IMG/VR virus record: IMGVR_UViG_3300032092_000025
Span: 5,473 to 69,472 of that record
Length of the DNA stretch: 64,000 nucleotides
Reading direction: 5' to 3' (one strand)
Source of the DNA: a virus
The translations under genes and the position numbers were made by a program. This document shows, one piece after another, positions 10,164-20,298 of the stretch (within the stretch, counting starts at the first letter, position 1; the number at the start of each line of letters is the position of its first letter). Below the pieces are notes generated by a model, which made no database searches, was not told the origin of the DNA, and saw nothing but the letters and a program-made list of their open reading frames with translations.

Positions 10164-11071
10164 TACTGAGTGATGTTATTAAAGTTTTTACTATAGTCAA
10201 TATTATTATTTCTATCTTGTCTAACCTCATAAAGAAGATTGTTAAATTCATCTCTAACTTCATAAAGGTTGTATTGTTTGTAGATGTTATTACCAGAGTC
10301 ATAAATGGTGTATATACCGTCATCAAGAGATTTGGTTTGATTACCATAAAGAGCAATTGCAAGTGTTGAGATATCATGCTCAACAATTTCAACTTCTACC
10401 GTCACAGGATTGAAATACGTGTTTGTTATTACAACGGTTTGATTAGGTTGACCAATGAAAGGTGTAGCGTTTGGCTTATTAGATGGTGATGAAGATGGTG
10501 AAACGGTACAATATAATAAATTAGTTGCCCCATCAACATATCGATATCTGATTGCTTTTTGTGAACTATTTGTCAAATTTTCTACAACAGGTTCACAAAA
10601 GAAAGAAGAAGTAATTATTCTAAAAAAATTAGGTATTTTAGCACCTGAAGAATCCAAGTATTCAATTCTGAATCCGACCAACCCTTGTGCAACAAATTTA
10701 TTCGTAAATTGAGAAGGAACCTGACTTAAATCAAAAATCAATCCTTTAACATTTGGTAATGCGGATAAAACACCACAATCCAAAATCGGTACTCTAATTT
10801 GAGCGGGTCTTATATATAATGTGTATATACCAAGAGCATTGAATTGTTCGGCGGGTAGTTTGAGATTATATAATCCACCTAATATTTCTATGTTTGCATT
10901 ACCGCCTGTATCTCCATTATTAAAATATGGTTTTAACACGTCTTGAGCGTTAAGAGTTGTCAGTATAAAATTATCTGTGTCATCTCTACTTTCTGTGTAA
11001 TTCAATATTATCTCGACATCAGCCGGTGATACATCTGCAGGTCTTATGGTTCCGTATGTTCCTGTTGCCAT
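10163..11071 (-). CDS. Hypothetical virion structural protein
   Basis: 302-aa ORF, preceded by TATTTAT, 1-nt overlap with the next gene. Confidence 0.55.
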   Translation of the reverse strand: MATGTYGTIRPADVSPADVEIILNYTESRDDTDNFILTTLNAQDVLKPYFNNGDTGGNANIEILGGLYNLKLPAEQFNALGIYTLYIRPAQIRVPILDCGVLSALPNVKGLIFDLSQVPSQFTNKFVAQGLVGFRIEYLDSSGAKIPNFFRIITSSFFCEPVVENLTNSSQKAIRYRYVDGATNLLYCTVSPSSSPSNKPNATPFIGQPNQTVVITNTYFNPVTVEVEIVEHDISTLAIALYGNQTKSLDDGIYTIYDSGNNIYKQYNLYEVRDEFNNLLYEVRQDRNNNIDYSKNFNNITQ

Positions 11072-11097
11072 CTTCTAATTTTAATTATAAATACTTA

Positions 11098-12291
11098 TTA
11101 ATCGTTTTTATTGACGTTGAAAAATTTATACCCGTAAATAGTCAGTCCTCCAATTGTTGATACTTCCCCTAATCTTCTAACCCTTTCAAATACAGAATTT
11201 TTACCTCTTTCAATATACACATTAGAGAATATTAATGGTTGGTCCACAACATTTATTAATGTTTCATCCTTTGTTAAACCTGATGATACTAACCAATTAG
11301 ATGTAAGTCCTGAAGACTTAGCGACGTATATTGTTGTACCATCATTATAGTCGTAATAATCAATACCATTAATAGTGTAAGAAACGCCTAAACCATCATT
11401 TGTAGGACCGTTATAAACACCAACAGTATTACTTGTTCCTGTTACTTGTTGATTTTGTTTAAATGACATACCTTTTATATTGGCGTTTCCTTTATATTGT
11501 GCTAAATCATTTAAAGATGACTTGGTAAATCCTGTAACAATTATTGGTATTGTTGTGTAATTAGATGATATGTGGTCTTGTAAATTAGTATTTGAGTCTC
11601 CACTGAAAATATAATCATAAGAGATTGGTACGCCTGACCATTCCCCACCTTGTGGTATGAAATATGCGGTTCCTTTAGGATTAGTTATTTCAACTTCGGT
11701 AAATGGAATATTGATTTTCTTTTCAATAATTGTCAATCCAAACATTGTAATCCCTGACATTGTTATTGTGTATGTCGCAGGTGCGGTAGGATAAATGTGT
11801 GGTGTTGAATTAGGTGCAAAATTTGTTATAGTCTGTATCTGTGACCCGTCGCCCCAATCTATTTTAAAAGTACTATTTTTTAGAAATTTTTGGTATGTTA
11901 TGTCTGATGTATTATAGACATAATATGTTGAGGAATTGGCCCCTGTTACGGCTGAGAATAAAAAATTTGTTATTACGTCTTTTTGGGTTATTGCACCGTC
12001 AAAAACAGAATAATAACCCAAATCCACAGTATTTTGAGTAAACAATATTGGTATTGTTAGACCAGTCATCAGCGATGTACCACCTGACCCTGAAGTAACA
12101 ACTAAAGACATCGGTATAATTGCCCTTGTTGTTCCTGTAGTTGCGGTAAATGTTTGAGTGTAAGATGTAAAATCACAACACTCTTGGTCCATCGAAAAAG
12201 TGTATCCTGTGGAAGCGGTATAAACGAATGTTCGTATATCACTTTTTATCACCTCAGGAGATATTTTTATATAATATTTTTGCTCTTCCAT
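11098..12291 (-). CDS. Putative virion protein with a PKD-like beta-sandwich
   Basis: FKIDWGDGS...PHIYPTAPATYTITMS matches the PKD signature WDFGDG...H.Y..pG.Y.V.L. Confidence 0.55.
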   Translation of the reverse strand: MEEQKYYIKISPEVIKSDIRTFVYTASTGYTFSMDQECCDFTSYTQTFTATTGTTRAIIPMSLVVTSGSGGTSLMTGLTIPILFTQNTVDLGYYSVFDGAITQKDVITNFLFSAVTGANSSTYYVYNTSDITYQKFLKNSTFKIDWGDGSQIQTITNFAPNSTPHIYPTAPATYTITMSGITMFGLTIIEKKINIPFTEVEITNPKGTAYFIPQGGEWSGVPISYDYIFSGDSNTNLQDHISSNYTTIPIIVTGFTKSSLNDLAQYKGNANIKGMSFKQNQQVTGTSNTVGVYNGPTNDGLGVSYTINGIDYYDYNDGTTIYVAKSSGLTSNWLVSSGLTKDETLINVVDQPLIFSNVYIERGKNSVFERVRRLGEVSTIGGLTIYGYKFFNVNKND

Positions 12292-13115
12292 TAAATCGGA
12301 TTATTATATTGAAACCAATTTATGGGTGAACTTGAGGACCCGACTCTGACATCAGCACCTGTCGTATAATTAAATATTTGATAGGTGAAGTCAGTATAAT
12401 TAAGTTTTACTTTATAATAAAAATATTTTGAGGAGTCGAATTTGTACCTATTTGAAGATAGGGTTGGATTACCTTGGCAAGTATTTGTCATACTTATAAA
12501 CTCACCTGTTTTACCGTTAAAGAATTTTGCTGACATATAAAAAGTGTCTATGTTCAAAAAATCACGAGACTTTAACCAATAAAAAAAATAACCTTCTTTT
12601 TGGTTTATAAAATCTAAAGTGTAACTTGGGTAACTTACTTTAACAGGAGGTAGATAATCGGAAATCAATTGGTCTAAATCAGAACTTTGATTTGCAGGTA
12701 AAATTACTGAAAAATAATTTTTCTGTGTTTGTCCTTCATTTGTATCATAAAAGTCTAACTTGAAAAATGAGTTCTTAAAAGAATTTACAGTATAATATAT
12801 TTCATTGTTTGTGAATTGTTGTGGAGTATAGCTCACACCCCATTTTGATTCGTTAGCGGTGTCCGATAAATTTGTAAAACCAGAATAAAAATTAAAATTA
12901 TAAATTACTTGAGTTTCGTATCCGTTTGGGTAAACTTTGTTTTGGAACCTTGCAAGTTCAAAGTCTTTTGGTTTACCTATTATTTTTTCTATGGTGTCTT
13001 CTTGCCATTTGTCTATCGAATCTTCTTGTCCTTGAAAATCCCATTTCAACTCAATAGGTATATCAAGTTGTTTCTCGGTAAGACTTCTAACCACTTTTAT
13101 TTTATTCACACTCAT
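12291..13115 (-). CDS. Hypothetical virion structural protein
   Basis: 274-aa aromatic-rich ORF overlapping both neighbours in the baseplate operon. Confidence 0.5.
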   Translation of the reverse strand: MSVNKIKVVRSLTEKQLDIPIELKWDFQGQEDSIDKWQEDTIEKIIGKPKDFELARFQNKVYPNGYETQVIYNFNFYSGFTNLSDTANESKWGVSYTPQQFTNNEIYYTVNSFKNSFFKLDFYDTNEGQTQKNYFSVILPANQSSDLDQLISDYLPPVKVSYPSYTLDFINQKEGYFFYWLKSRDFLNIDTFYMSAKFFNGKTGEFISMTNTCQGNPTLSSNRYKFDSSKYFYYKVKLNYTDFTYQIFNYTTGADVRVGSSSSPINWFQYNNPI

Positions 13116-14895
13116 CGATAGTAGGTTGAGTTACTGTGTTTAGTGTTGATGATACCGAAGTAGAACCTTCAGGTATTAATCTAAATATACTGTTTTTATA
13201 CGGGTAATGAGCCCCATTTAGAAATGGGAAATCAACTCCGACACCATCATTATCAATAAACCCATATTCGTAAATATCTCGCCAAACAAATGATTCTGCC
13301 GAAGTGTTGTATACTGCATAGTTAGGTATATTACTAGTATTTTCCGCAGCCCCTTCTTCTACGTAAGATGAAAAAGCCCTTATTTGTATCGGAAGATGTG
13401 GTTTATAATAGAACCCTAAAGGGTTTTCTGCGATTGATTCTCCAGTTATGTTAATGTCAAAAACATTATCATTATATGTTATTTTATGATAAATGTCAGA
13501 TATTACCCTTTCTGAATATTCAAGGTCATTCCATTCACAAAAATCACCATCTAATGTATCTCCTGATTTTAGAGATTTATTATAGTAAAATGTTTTTCCT
13601 TGTTTTATATAAGAATCAACTTGGGTATTTGTGAATGATGTTGGATTTATATTTTGAGCGTTTGTTGTCCACCAATCATTTGGTTGACCATTAACACTCG
13701 GTAGGTTAAAATCAAACCCTTGTCTTAAGGCAATGTTTTTAGTTGCCGGAGGTATTGGATATGAAGGTTTATTTGTCCAACCTAAATAACCGACCCATTG
13801 ATAGGTAAAGAATAATTCAGATACAGGTCTTTGTTGATTATCTATTAAATTTTCAATAGATATGTCTTTTGAGAATGATAAATTATAAGACTGACTTCCT
13901 TCCTTTATTGAAACTCTAGATACAAAGTTTGGTGTTAAACCTGATGGTTCGTATTGTTTTATTACTTTAAATGGGTTAAGTTCAAATCCAGCGTTAACGA
14001 TTACCGCATCGGTATTGTTTGTTAAAATTTTGTGTTTTCTGATGTAATATTCAGACCTACTACTAGTTGGGTTATCGGCGTCCAATACTCTTTTTGCAGT
14101 TCCCTGAACTCCTGTGTCGAAAGTTGTTCCACTAAATCCTATATTAGCGATACTAAAAATATAAAATTCAGAATTAACAGTACCATCTCCGATACTTGAA
14201 ACTTCGAACAAATTAGAACCATTGTATGATATTGATAACTCCACAAATTCTCCAACACTTAATCCGTGATTACATACACTTCTAAACGTAACGTATGGTT
14301 GCCCATTTGAAGATGATTGGTCTATTATAAATGGTATTCCGTCATTGGCCATCCAATATAATGTTTGTTGTGTTTTTGGCTCGATAGCAAATAAACTCTT
14401 GTTCACATTCTGATAAGCATAACTCATAAAGAAGTTCCAATTATAAGTCGTTGCACTTGTCGCCACAAAATTTATATGACCACCGGTATTTGGTCGTGTA
14501 TATCCATCAGTATCATTATCGGTTCTAATTAAATCAAATTCATTATATAGTGGATAACCTGACCAATACACTGATTGAGCGTTACCGTTACAAGCCTGTC
14601 TTGACGCATCTAATGAATTAACATAGTATAAGTTTTCTTTAAATGGGGTGTAATTAGTTTCTCCAACATAGGTATTCTTGAACAGAAATGTTATTTTTGT
14701 TGATGGTCTGAAAGTTGTTGATTTTTCTCTTTCTGAATCAAACACATCGAGCAAATTTATATTTTGGCTTCTATCAAATTCAATATTTAATTTAGAATTT
14801 TGCTTTAAAGGCACGTTTAACTGATAACTTAATTCAGGTGCTGATTTGTACCTTAATGAACCTAAAACTATTTTAACATCATTTTCTTGTCCCAT
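13102..14895 (-). CDS. Hypothetical virion structural protein
   Basis: 597-aa ORF in the operon; HGLSVGEFVEL resembles a beta-barrel motif seen in phage baseplate/fibre proteins. Confidence 0.5.
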   Translation of the reverse strand: MGQENDVKIVLGSLRYKSAPELSYQLNVPLKQNSKLNIEFDRSQNINLLDVFDSEREKSTTFRPSTKITFLFKNTYVGETNYTPFKENLYYVNSLDASRQACNGNAQSVYWSGYPLYNEFDLIRTDNDTDGYTRPNTGGHINFVATSATTYNWNFFMSYAYQNVNKSLFAIEPKTQQTLYWMANDGIPFIIDQSSSNGQPYVTFRSVCNHGLSVGEFVELSISYNGSNLFEVSSIGDGTVNSEFYIFSIANIGFSGTTFDTGVQGTAKRVLDADNPTSSRSEYYIRKHKILTNNTDAVIVNAGFELNPFKVIKQYEPSGLTPNFVSRVSIKEGSQSYNLSFSKDISIENLIDNQQRPVSELFFTYQWVGYLGWTNKPSYPIPPATKNIALRQGFDFNLPSVNGQPNDWWTTNAQNINPTSFTNTQVDSYIKQGKTFYYNKSLKSGDTLDGDFCEWNDLEYSERVISDIYHKITYNDNVFDINITGESIAENPLGFYYKPHLPIQIRAFSSYVEEGAAENTSNIPNYAVYNTSAESFVWRDIYEYGFIDNDGVGVDFPFLNGAHYPYKNSIFRLIPEGSTSVSSTLNTVTQPTIDECE

Positions 14896-14897
14896 CT

Positions 14898-17800
14898 TTA
14901 ATCAGTAATTGCGTCAGTATCTATCCATTTAGTTGCAAACCTATCAAAAGCGCTTGACCCTTTTACAACACCAAAATAAAAGTAGAATGGTGCACCCATT
15001 AAATAATTACCAGGTATACCCGGTTCAGGTTTATAATCATAACCATTAGTTGCAGGATTTATAACACTTGGATTATAATTAGCAATCCATCCTTTATGAT
15101 AATTTATTACGTTAGTATTTTCGGGTTGAAATGTTTTTGATTCTTGTAAAAACCTATCTACCTTTTGATATTGGTATTTGAAAGCGTCATTATTTGAATA
15201 CCAATTGTTTTGTTGGTCACCGAAAATATTTGAGTTACTACCATTTTCATTTATTTTCCATAAATAAAAAGGAACCTCTTGCGTTGTAATTGGTATATAA
15301 GTCAGAGTACACGCTTCATTAACACCAATTTCACCTGATGAATCATAAATGGTTCTGTTTGGTGAAATATAATCTCTCACCTGACTATCTCCTGTAAAGA
15401 AAATACCGAATGTTATATCTTTTATATTAGTTACTCCGAATGGGAAATATAGTGGTGAATTAAATCCCGACCCGATATCTGGTTCAGGATAGTTAGCGGG
15501 TTCAAAAGCGGCAACACCGAATTGGGAATTTGTTGCCACCATTTGTGCATAATCACTATCGACAAATAACGCCTTTCTTGAGAAGAAATTTAAAATATTA
15601 GCCCCTTTAGGTCTTGAGAAAAGAGCACCGAATGTAGTACTTGCAAATCTTGATAAGATAAATAAATTTAAAATATCGGATATATCCGAAAATGTTGTCG
15701 GTAACAATCTATTAACAATATACCCATCCCAATTTCCACTTTGTGATAAATATTTTTGTAATTCATCCCTTGGTCCTAAGTCCATTATTGTCGTTGGAAA
15801 CATATATTCCCTTTGATTTCCAATTGTATTTCCATTGAAACTATATCCTTTTCTACCTATGAATTCGTTTCCATCCCAAGGAGAACTTCTATAATAGAAA
15901 TTAAATGTTTCGGGTTCCAAATATACCGTATCTCTACAATACTTGTTATAAGGTTGATTTGGCGGATTACCAGTTGGTCCTGTAAAAATTCTTTGTGATT
16001 TGAATGGGAACATATATAATCCACCATTAATCCAATTATTCATAAATATGTGAGAAAAAACTTCTCTACATGCTCCGAAGTTTATATTAATTCTTGAACG
16101 CCATTCTGTAATTAGTTGCAAATCTTTTGTTAGATTACTACCTAAATATTTAGGATGAACTAACGAATAACACGAACCATCAATGAAAAATTTTTCATTA
16201 GTTCCAGGATAATATTGACATTGAGTTGGTGACGCAATACTGATAGTATCAGGGAATGTGGTTTGATAACACCCAATTGGTACTAAACTTTGACATGAAA
16301 AACTAGCCAATAACGCATCTACTTGTCCAAAACTTTCAGGGTCAGTGCTACCCGGTACAGGAGTGTCGGTACCTGTCACATTAAATCCCGGACTTGCTAA
16401 TCCTGTAGAACCTCCGGTAGTAACTCCTTCATCAGAAACTTCTGTCAGATAAAACAATCCATTAGCCATAAGAGTGTGAGAAACGGTAACTACTGTTGTA
16501 GACGTGATGGCGGCATTTGTGTATGATTGATATGTATCTGATGAAGGGACCCTATCACTTCTCATAACAATTCGTTCATTATTACTCATTAAAAAACAAT
16601 CATTGTCATTTGTTGGGTCAGGATAAACTTTTGAATAATAATAGGATTGTAATCGCGTAAAATAATCACAAACTCCAGGACATTGCCAATTACCTCCACC
16701 TTTTAACATTACACTACCACCTTCAACACATTCACCTAATGCATATTTTCCGTTATCAAACGCTTTACCCGCCTCAAATTCCGGTATTGTGTTCGCAAAA
16801 TCATCAAAACTATTTTCTCTTGTATAAAAGTTATCAATTCCAACCCTTAATCCACCTCCATCAGCACTTGGTGCTTGAAATGTATAACTTCCAACATTTG
16901 TCACGAAACAAGGGCTAACTCTAATTTTTGGAGTTCCTTGTCTAAAAATTTGATTCGCAGTTAAACTATCACTAGTATCTGACTCAGATAATGAAGAGTA
17001 TTTATAAACTGTCCTTGTTCTAAATGAGGTCCAATCAGTTTGTGATGGTTTGAAATGGAATGATTTATAATATAATCTACCTTTAGAATAATCATTATCA
17101 ATACCGTTATTATTATTACCTAATATTGAATCGTGTTTGACACATCGATTAGCGTACTGTCTGGCATATTGTTGGGACATTCCCGAAGGTGTTAACCCAA
17201 AATCTAAACCGTCGTTTGGTTGTAATGGTATGTTTAATTTATAATCCCCTTCAAAAGTTACCGCCCAATGACTTTTTCTATTGAATAATTTTCCTAATCC
17301 GTATTTAACTTTTACTCTACTTGAGTGTGGGTCCACACCTCTTACAATAATGTTAAAATAAGTTTCACTTTTTTCATTAAAGGCTGTCCAAGGATTTCCT
17401 CCATCAGCGTAAGGGGCTAATGTGGAGAAACCGGGTCCTGCCCAAGTTGCTCCTGGAACAGTACACTCGAACAACAATCTATCATAGTAAATTCTTCCAA
17501 TATTTTGAAAATTCTCAAAAATCCTTTGATTGAATGAACCCCAATAAGAATCATCGTACTCTTGTTGTGTGTAATTATTATTTAATATTGTTTTGTATTC
17601 AGAATAAGTTAATGACTTAATAACTTGGAAGTATTCTTGATTTGTAGGGTACCTTAAATAATTATCCGCTTCACCATTAGTTTGAATTATATTATAAGGT
17701 GTGACTAATCTTTCTCCTGTGTATGGATTGGTGTGACTTACATTTACAGTTGTAACTCCTGTGTTAAGTGCTGTTCCGGTGATTGAGTATGTACCATATA

Positions 17801-20225
17801 TATTTTTAGTATTACCACTCAGATTTGGGTCACTGAAATTATATGGATTGTTAAAAGTTAGAATTGTCCCGTCTTCATATCTATTTTCGGTCGGGATTAT
17901 CATTATGTTATCATAATGAAATCCTAAATTTGGATTACTTGATATATTTAAAGACCCACCTAATTGAGTATCTAAACCAAGATTAGCGGTATTAATATCT
18001 GAATTAAAAACCACTTTAATTTGAGTATGTCCACCACCAATTGTGTGTGGTGCTAATTGAGTATTAGTATTTAATGGTGAATTTCCTGAAGCAGGTGTTG
18101 TCAATTTAAAACTATTATTACCAAAAAATTTAGATTTAAAATTAAAACCCGTGATTCTTTCGTGTAGAGGAAGAGAGTTTGAGTAATAATATAGTATCGC
18201 AATTTGTGAAGCATCTCCATTCAAGTCATAACTAAATAGTTCTACATTACTAGTTCTAAAAGTCCAACCTAAAACTGTACTAGATGATTGATAACCTGCA
18301 AACGTATTCTGTACAGTTGTTGTTAAATCATTTACATCATCATCGCTATTATAGTCATAAGCCCCTGTATTTATAAAATTAGCCAATGTCGACTTGTTGG
18401 CGAATGGGGGTACACTAGTTAATGAACCAACAGGAAAGGTAACTTGTGATGCGGAATTTGTTGTTGAATCACAACTACATAATTCACAATCAGGATATGT
18501 AAATAAAGGTATATTTAAATTACTGAATTTTTGTTCAATTTGTGTCAAAACCGCCCAATTTTGAAATGGTCTGAGCCCTATATATACATCTATAATCGGA
18601 ACCGTAAACCCTATACTCAAATCCCTTAGTTTTGTTACGATAAAACAAATAATATGAAATACTACTGTAACAAACTTTAATATTATCGCCAAAAAGGACA
18701 CGACAATTGTAAACAATATAAACAATAAATCGAACCTAAATTGAGTTTCATTCGTTGGAAATTTATTGGTGGTACTCTCACAGGTATCGTCAGTAATATT
18801 TTTGATTGCTAAATATCTATTATTGAAACTACCTTGTCTATACCCTGTTAATAATTGAGATACGGTGTAGACTTTATTATAGGTCATCTCATAAAACATA
18901 TCTTTACCATCGATAGCGTCCTGAATTACGTCTCCATCAATACCATAATCGTCCCAATTCAAACTAAAGGCATAACTTCTTTGTGCTGCAATATAACTTG
19001 GTGATGAAGAACTTAACTCAACTAAAGGGTCGTCATCTATAGAATTCCATCCATGCTCTTTAATATTTGGTACTAAAAAATTAGCCCTTTTCACAGGTTC
19101 ACTTAAACTTGGCGATTGGACCCAACTTACTTTAAATCTATATCTTGCTCTTGTGGGTACTCCTTTTTTTTCATCTGTGGAAAACACTTGTTCACCGAAT
19201 TCGTTTGTTACTACGTAATCCAAATTCATCGGTACGTCAAGTAACCAAGCACCGTTTTCATCTATAATAATTCCATTATTTTCAAATTCATATTCTTCCA
19301 ATAATGGTCGTCCAAAAATATCTTGTCTAATTGTTTGTCTAATGGCCAATATTTGCCCCGGCCCCGCAAATAAAGAACACTGATATCCACCTTTTAACTT
19401 TGGTTTACAATTTCTTTTTTGGGCTAATTCATCTGTGTCAGAAAAAATTGACCCCATAAAAACTGCGGTTGGTTTGATTTCAATATTTGCTTCCGCAGTT
19501 AAATCAAAGTCAGTTCTTGTAATTGAAATCTGACATAATTCAGGGTCACCCCAAAGAGGTAAGATAGTAACTGACTTATTCAAAGAAATAATTTGAGGTA
19601 AAGTACCTAAATTCTCTGAAGATTTAAATCTTGTTCCATTAACTTGGCTTTCAGTCGCAATTCCAAGCCTAATTAAATCTTGAGGTGATTGTGAAAATGG
19701 ACCGATATCTGATACATCTACATTCATTATAATATCGTAAGTTCCGGTTGGAACTCCGAAAATCATAAAGTCACCACTATCATTTGTTGTTACTGTAAAT
19801 TTGTAATATTTGTCATAGATTTCTATGGCGGTAGGGTTGGTTAATACATCTTCTAAATCAGGAAAAGAACCTGTCGCTGAGTGACCAGGGTATGATGGTT
19901 TGTAAGGTAATAAATTATATTTATAACCATCTTCGTTAATATCACCTATTGTTTTATAAGGATAAATTGATGAGATGATTGGATTTGTCTCGTCCTCTGC
20001 GGTGATAGGTATGAAAATTGAAACTTTAGAATTAGGTACTCCAAATCCATCATTTACTGATACTCTACCTGCAACTACTCCATAATCAGCACATTGTCTA
20101 TTGTAAATTTCTGATTGTGAAAGTTTAAGAGATAGAATTTCTATGAATTCAAAATCTTGTTCTAAATTTAAATTTACTTGCCGGTCAATACCGACATTTG
20201 TTCTTACCCTTAAAGATTTTGGCAT
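14898..20225 (-). CDS. Large virion-associated protein with an N-terminal carboxypeptidase-regulatory-like (transthyretin fold) segment and an internal hydrophobic helix
   Basis: GRVSVNDGFGVPNSKVSI...TTNDSGDFMIFGVPTGTYDI motif; hydrophobic stretch LLFILFTIVVSFLAIILKFVTVVFHIICFIV; preceded by TATTTAT. Confidence 0.55.
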   Translation of the reverse strand: MPKSLRVRTNVGIDRQVNLNLEQDFEFIEILSLKLSQSEIYNRQCADYGVVAGRVSVNDGFGVPNSKVSIFIPITAEDETNPIISSIYPYKTIGDINEDGYKYNLLPYKPSYPGHSATGSFPDLEDVLTNPTAIEIYDKYYKFTVTTNDSGDFMIFGVPTGTYDIIMNVDVSDIGPFSQSPQDLIRLGIATESQVNGTRFKSSENLGTLPQIISLNKSVTILPLWGDPELCQISITRTDFDLTAEANIEIKPTAVFMGSIFSDTDELAQKRNCKPKLKGGYQCSLFAGPGQILAIRQTIRQDIFGRPLLEEYEFENNGIIIDENGAWLLDVPMNLDYVVTNEFGEQVFSTDEKKGVPTRARYRFKVSWVQSPSLSEPVKRANFLVPNIKEHGWNSIDDDPLVELSSSSPSYIAAQRSYAFSLNWDDYGIDGDVIQDAIDGKDMFYEMTYNKVYTVSQLLTGYRQGSFNNRYLAIKNITDDTCESTTNKFPTNETQFRFDLLFILFTIVVSFLAIILKFVTVVFHIICFIVTKLRDLSIGFTVPIIDVYIGLRPFQNWAVLTQIEQKFSNLNIPLFTYPDCELCSCDSTTNSASQVTFPVGSLTSVPPFANKSTLANFINTGAYDYNSDDDVNDLTTTVQNTFAGYQSSSTVLGWTFRTSNVELFSYDLNGDASQIAILYYYSNSLPLHERITGFNFKSKFFGNNSFKLTTPASGNSPLNTNTQLAPHTIGGGHTQIKVVFNSDINTANLGLDTQLGGSLNISSNPNLGFHYDNIMIIPTENRYEDGTILTFNNPYNFSDPNLSGNTKNIYGTYSITGTALNTGVTTVNVSHTNPYTGERLVTPYNIIQTNGEADNYLRYPTNQEYFQVIKSLTYSEYKTILNNNYTQQEYDDSYWGSFNQRIFENFQNIGRIYYDRLLFECTVPGATWAGPGFSTLAPYADGGNPWTAFNEKSETYFNIIVRGVDPHSSRVKVKYGLGKLFNRKSHWAVTFEGDYKLNIPLQPNDGLDFGLTPSGMSQQYARQYANRCVKHDSILGNNNNGIDNDYSKGRLYYKSFHFKPSQTDWTSFRTRTVYKYSSLSESDTSDSLTANQIFRQGTPKIRVSPCFVTNVGSYTFQAPSADGGGLRVGIDNFYTRENSFDDFANTIPEFEAGKAFDNGKYALGECVEGGSVMLKGGGNWQCPGVCDYFTRLQSYYYSKVYPDPTNDNDCFLMSNNERIVMRSDRVPSSDTYQSYTNAAITSTTVVTVSHTLMANGLFYLTEVSDEGVTTGGSTGLASPGFNVTGTDTPVPGSTDPESFGQVDALLASFSCQSLVPIGCYQTTFPDTISIASPTQCQYYPGTNEKFFIDGSCYSLVHPKYLGSNLTKDLQLITEWRSRININFGACREVFSHIFMNNWINGGLYMFPFKSQRIFTGPTGNPPNQPYNKYCRDTVYLEPETFNFYYRSSPWDGNEFIGRKGYSFNGNTIGNQREYMFPTTIMDLGPRDELQKYLSQSGNWDGYIVNRLLPTTFSDISDILNLFILSRFASTTFGALFSRPKGANILNFFSRKALFVDSDYAQMVATNSQFGVAAFEPANYPEPDIGSGFNSPLYFPFGVTNIKDITFGIFFTGDSQVRDYISPNRTIYDSSGEIGVNEACTLTYIPITTQEVPFYLWKINENGSNSNIFGDQQNNWYSNNDAFKYQYQKVDRFLQESKTFQPENTNVINYHKGWIANYNPSVINPATNGYDYKPEPGIPGNYLMGAPFYFYFGVVKGSSAFDRFATKWIDTDAITD

Positions 20226-20298
20226 TTAATACTTTTTTGAATAAATAGTTTATATTCTATTTTCAAAAAATAATCTATTAGTGATGAAAATAAATTAA

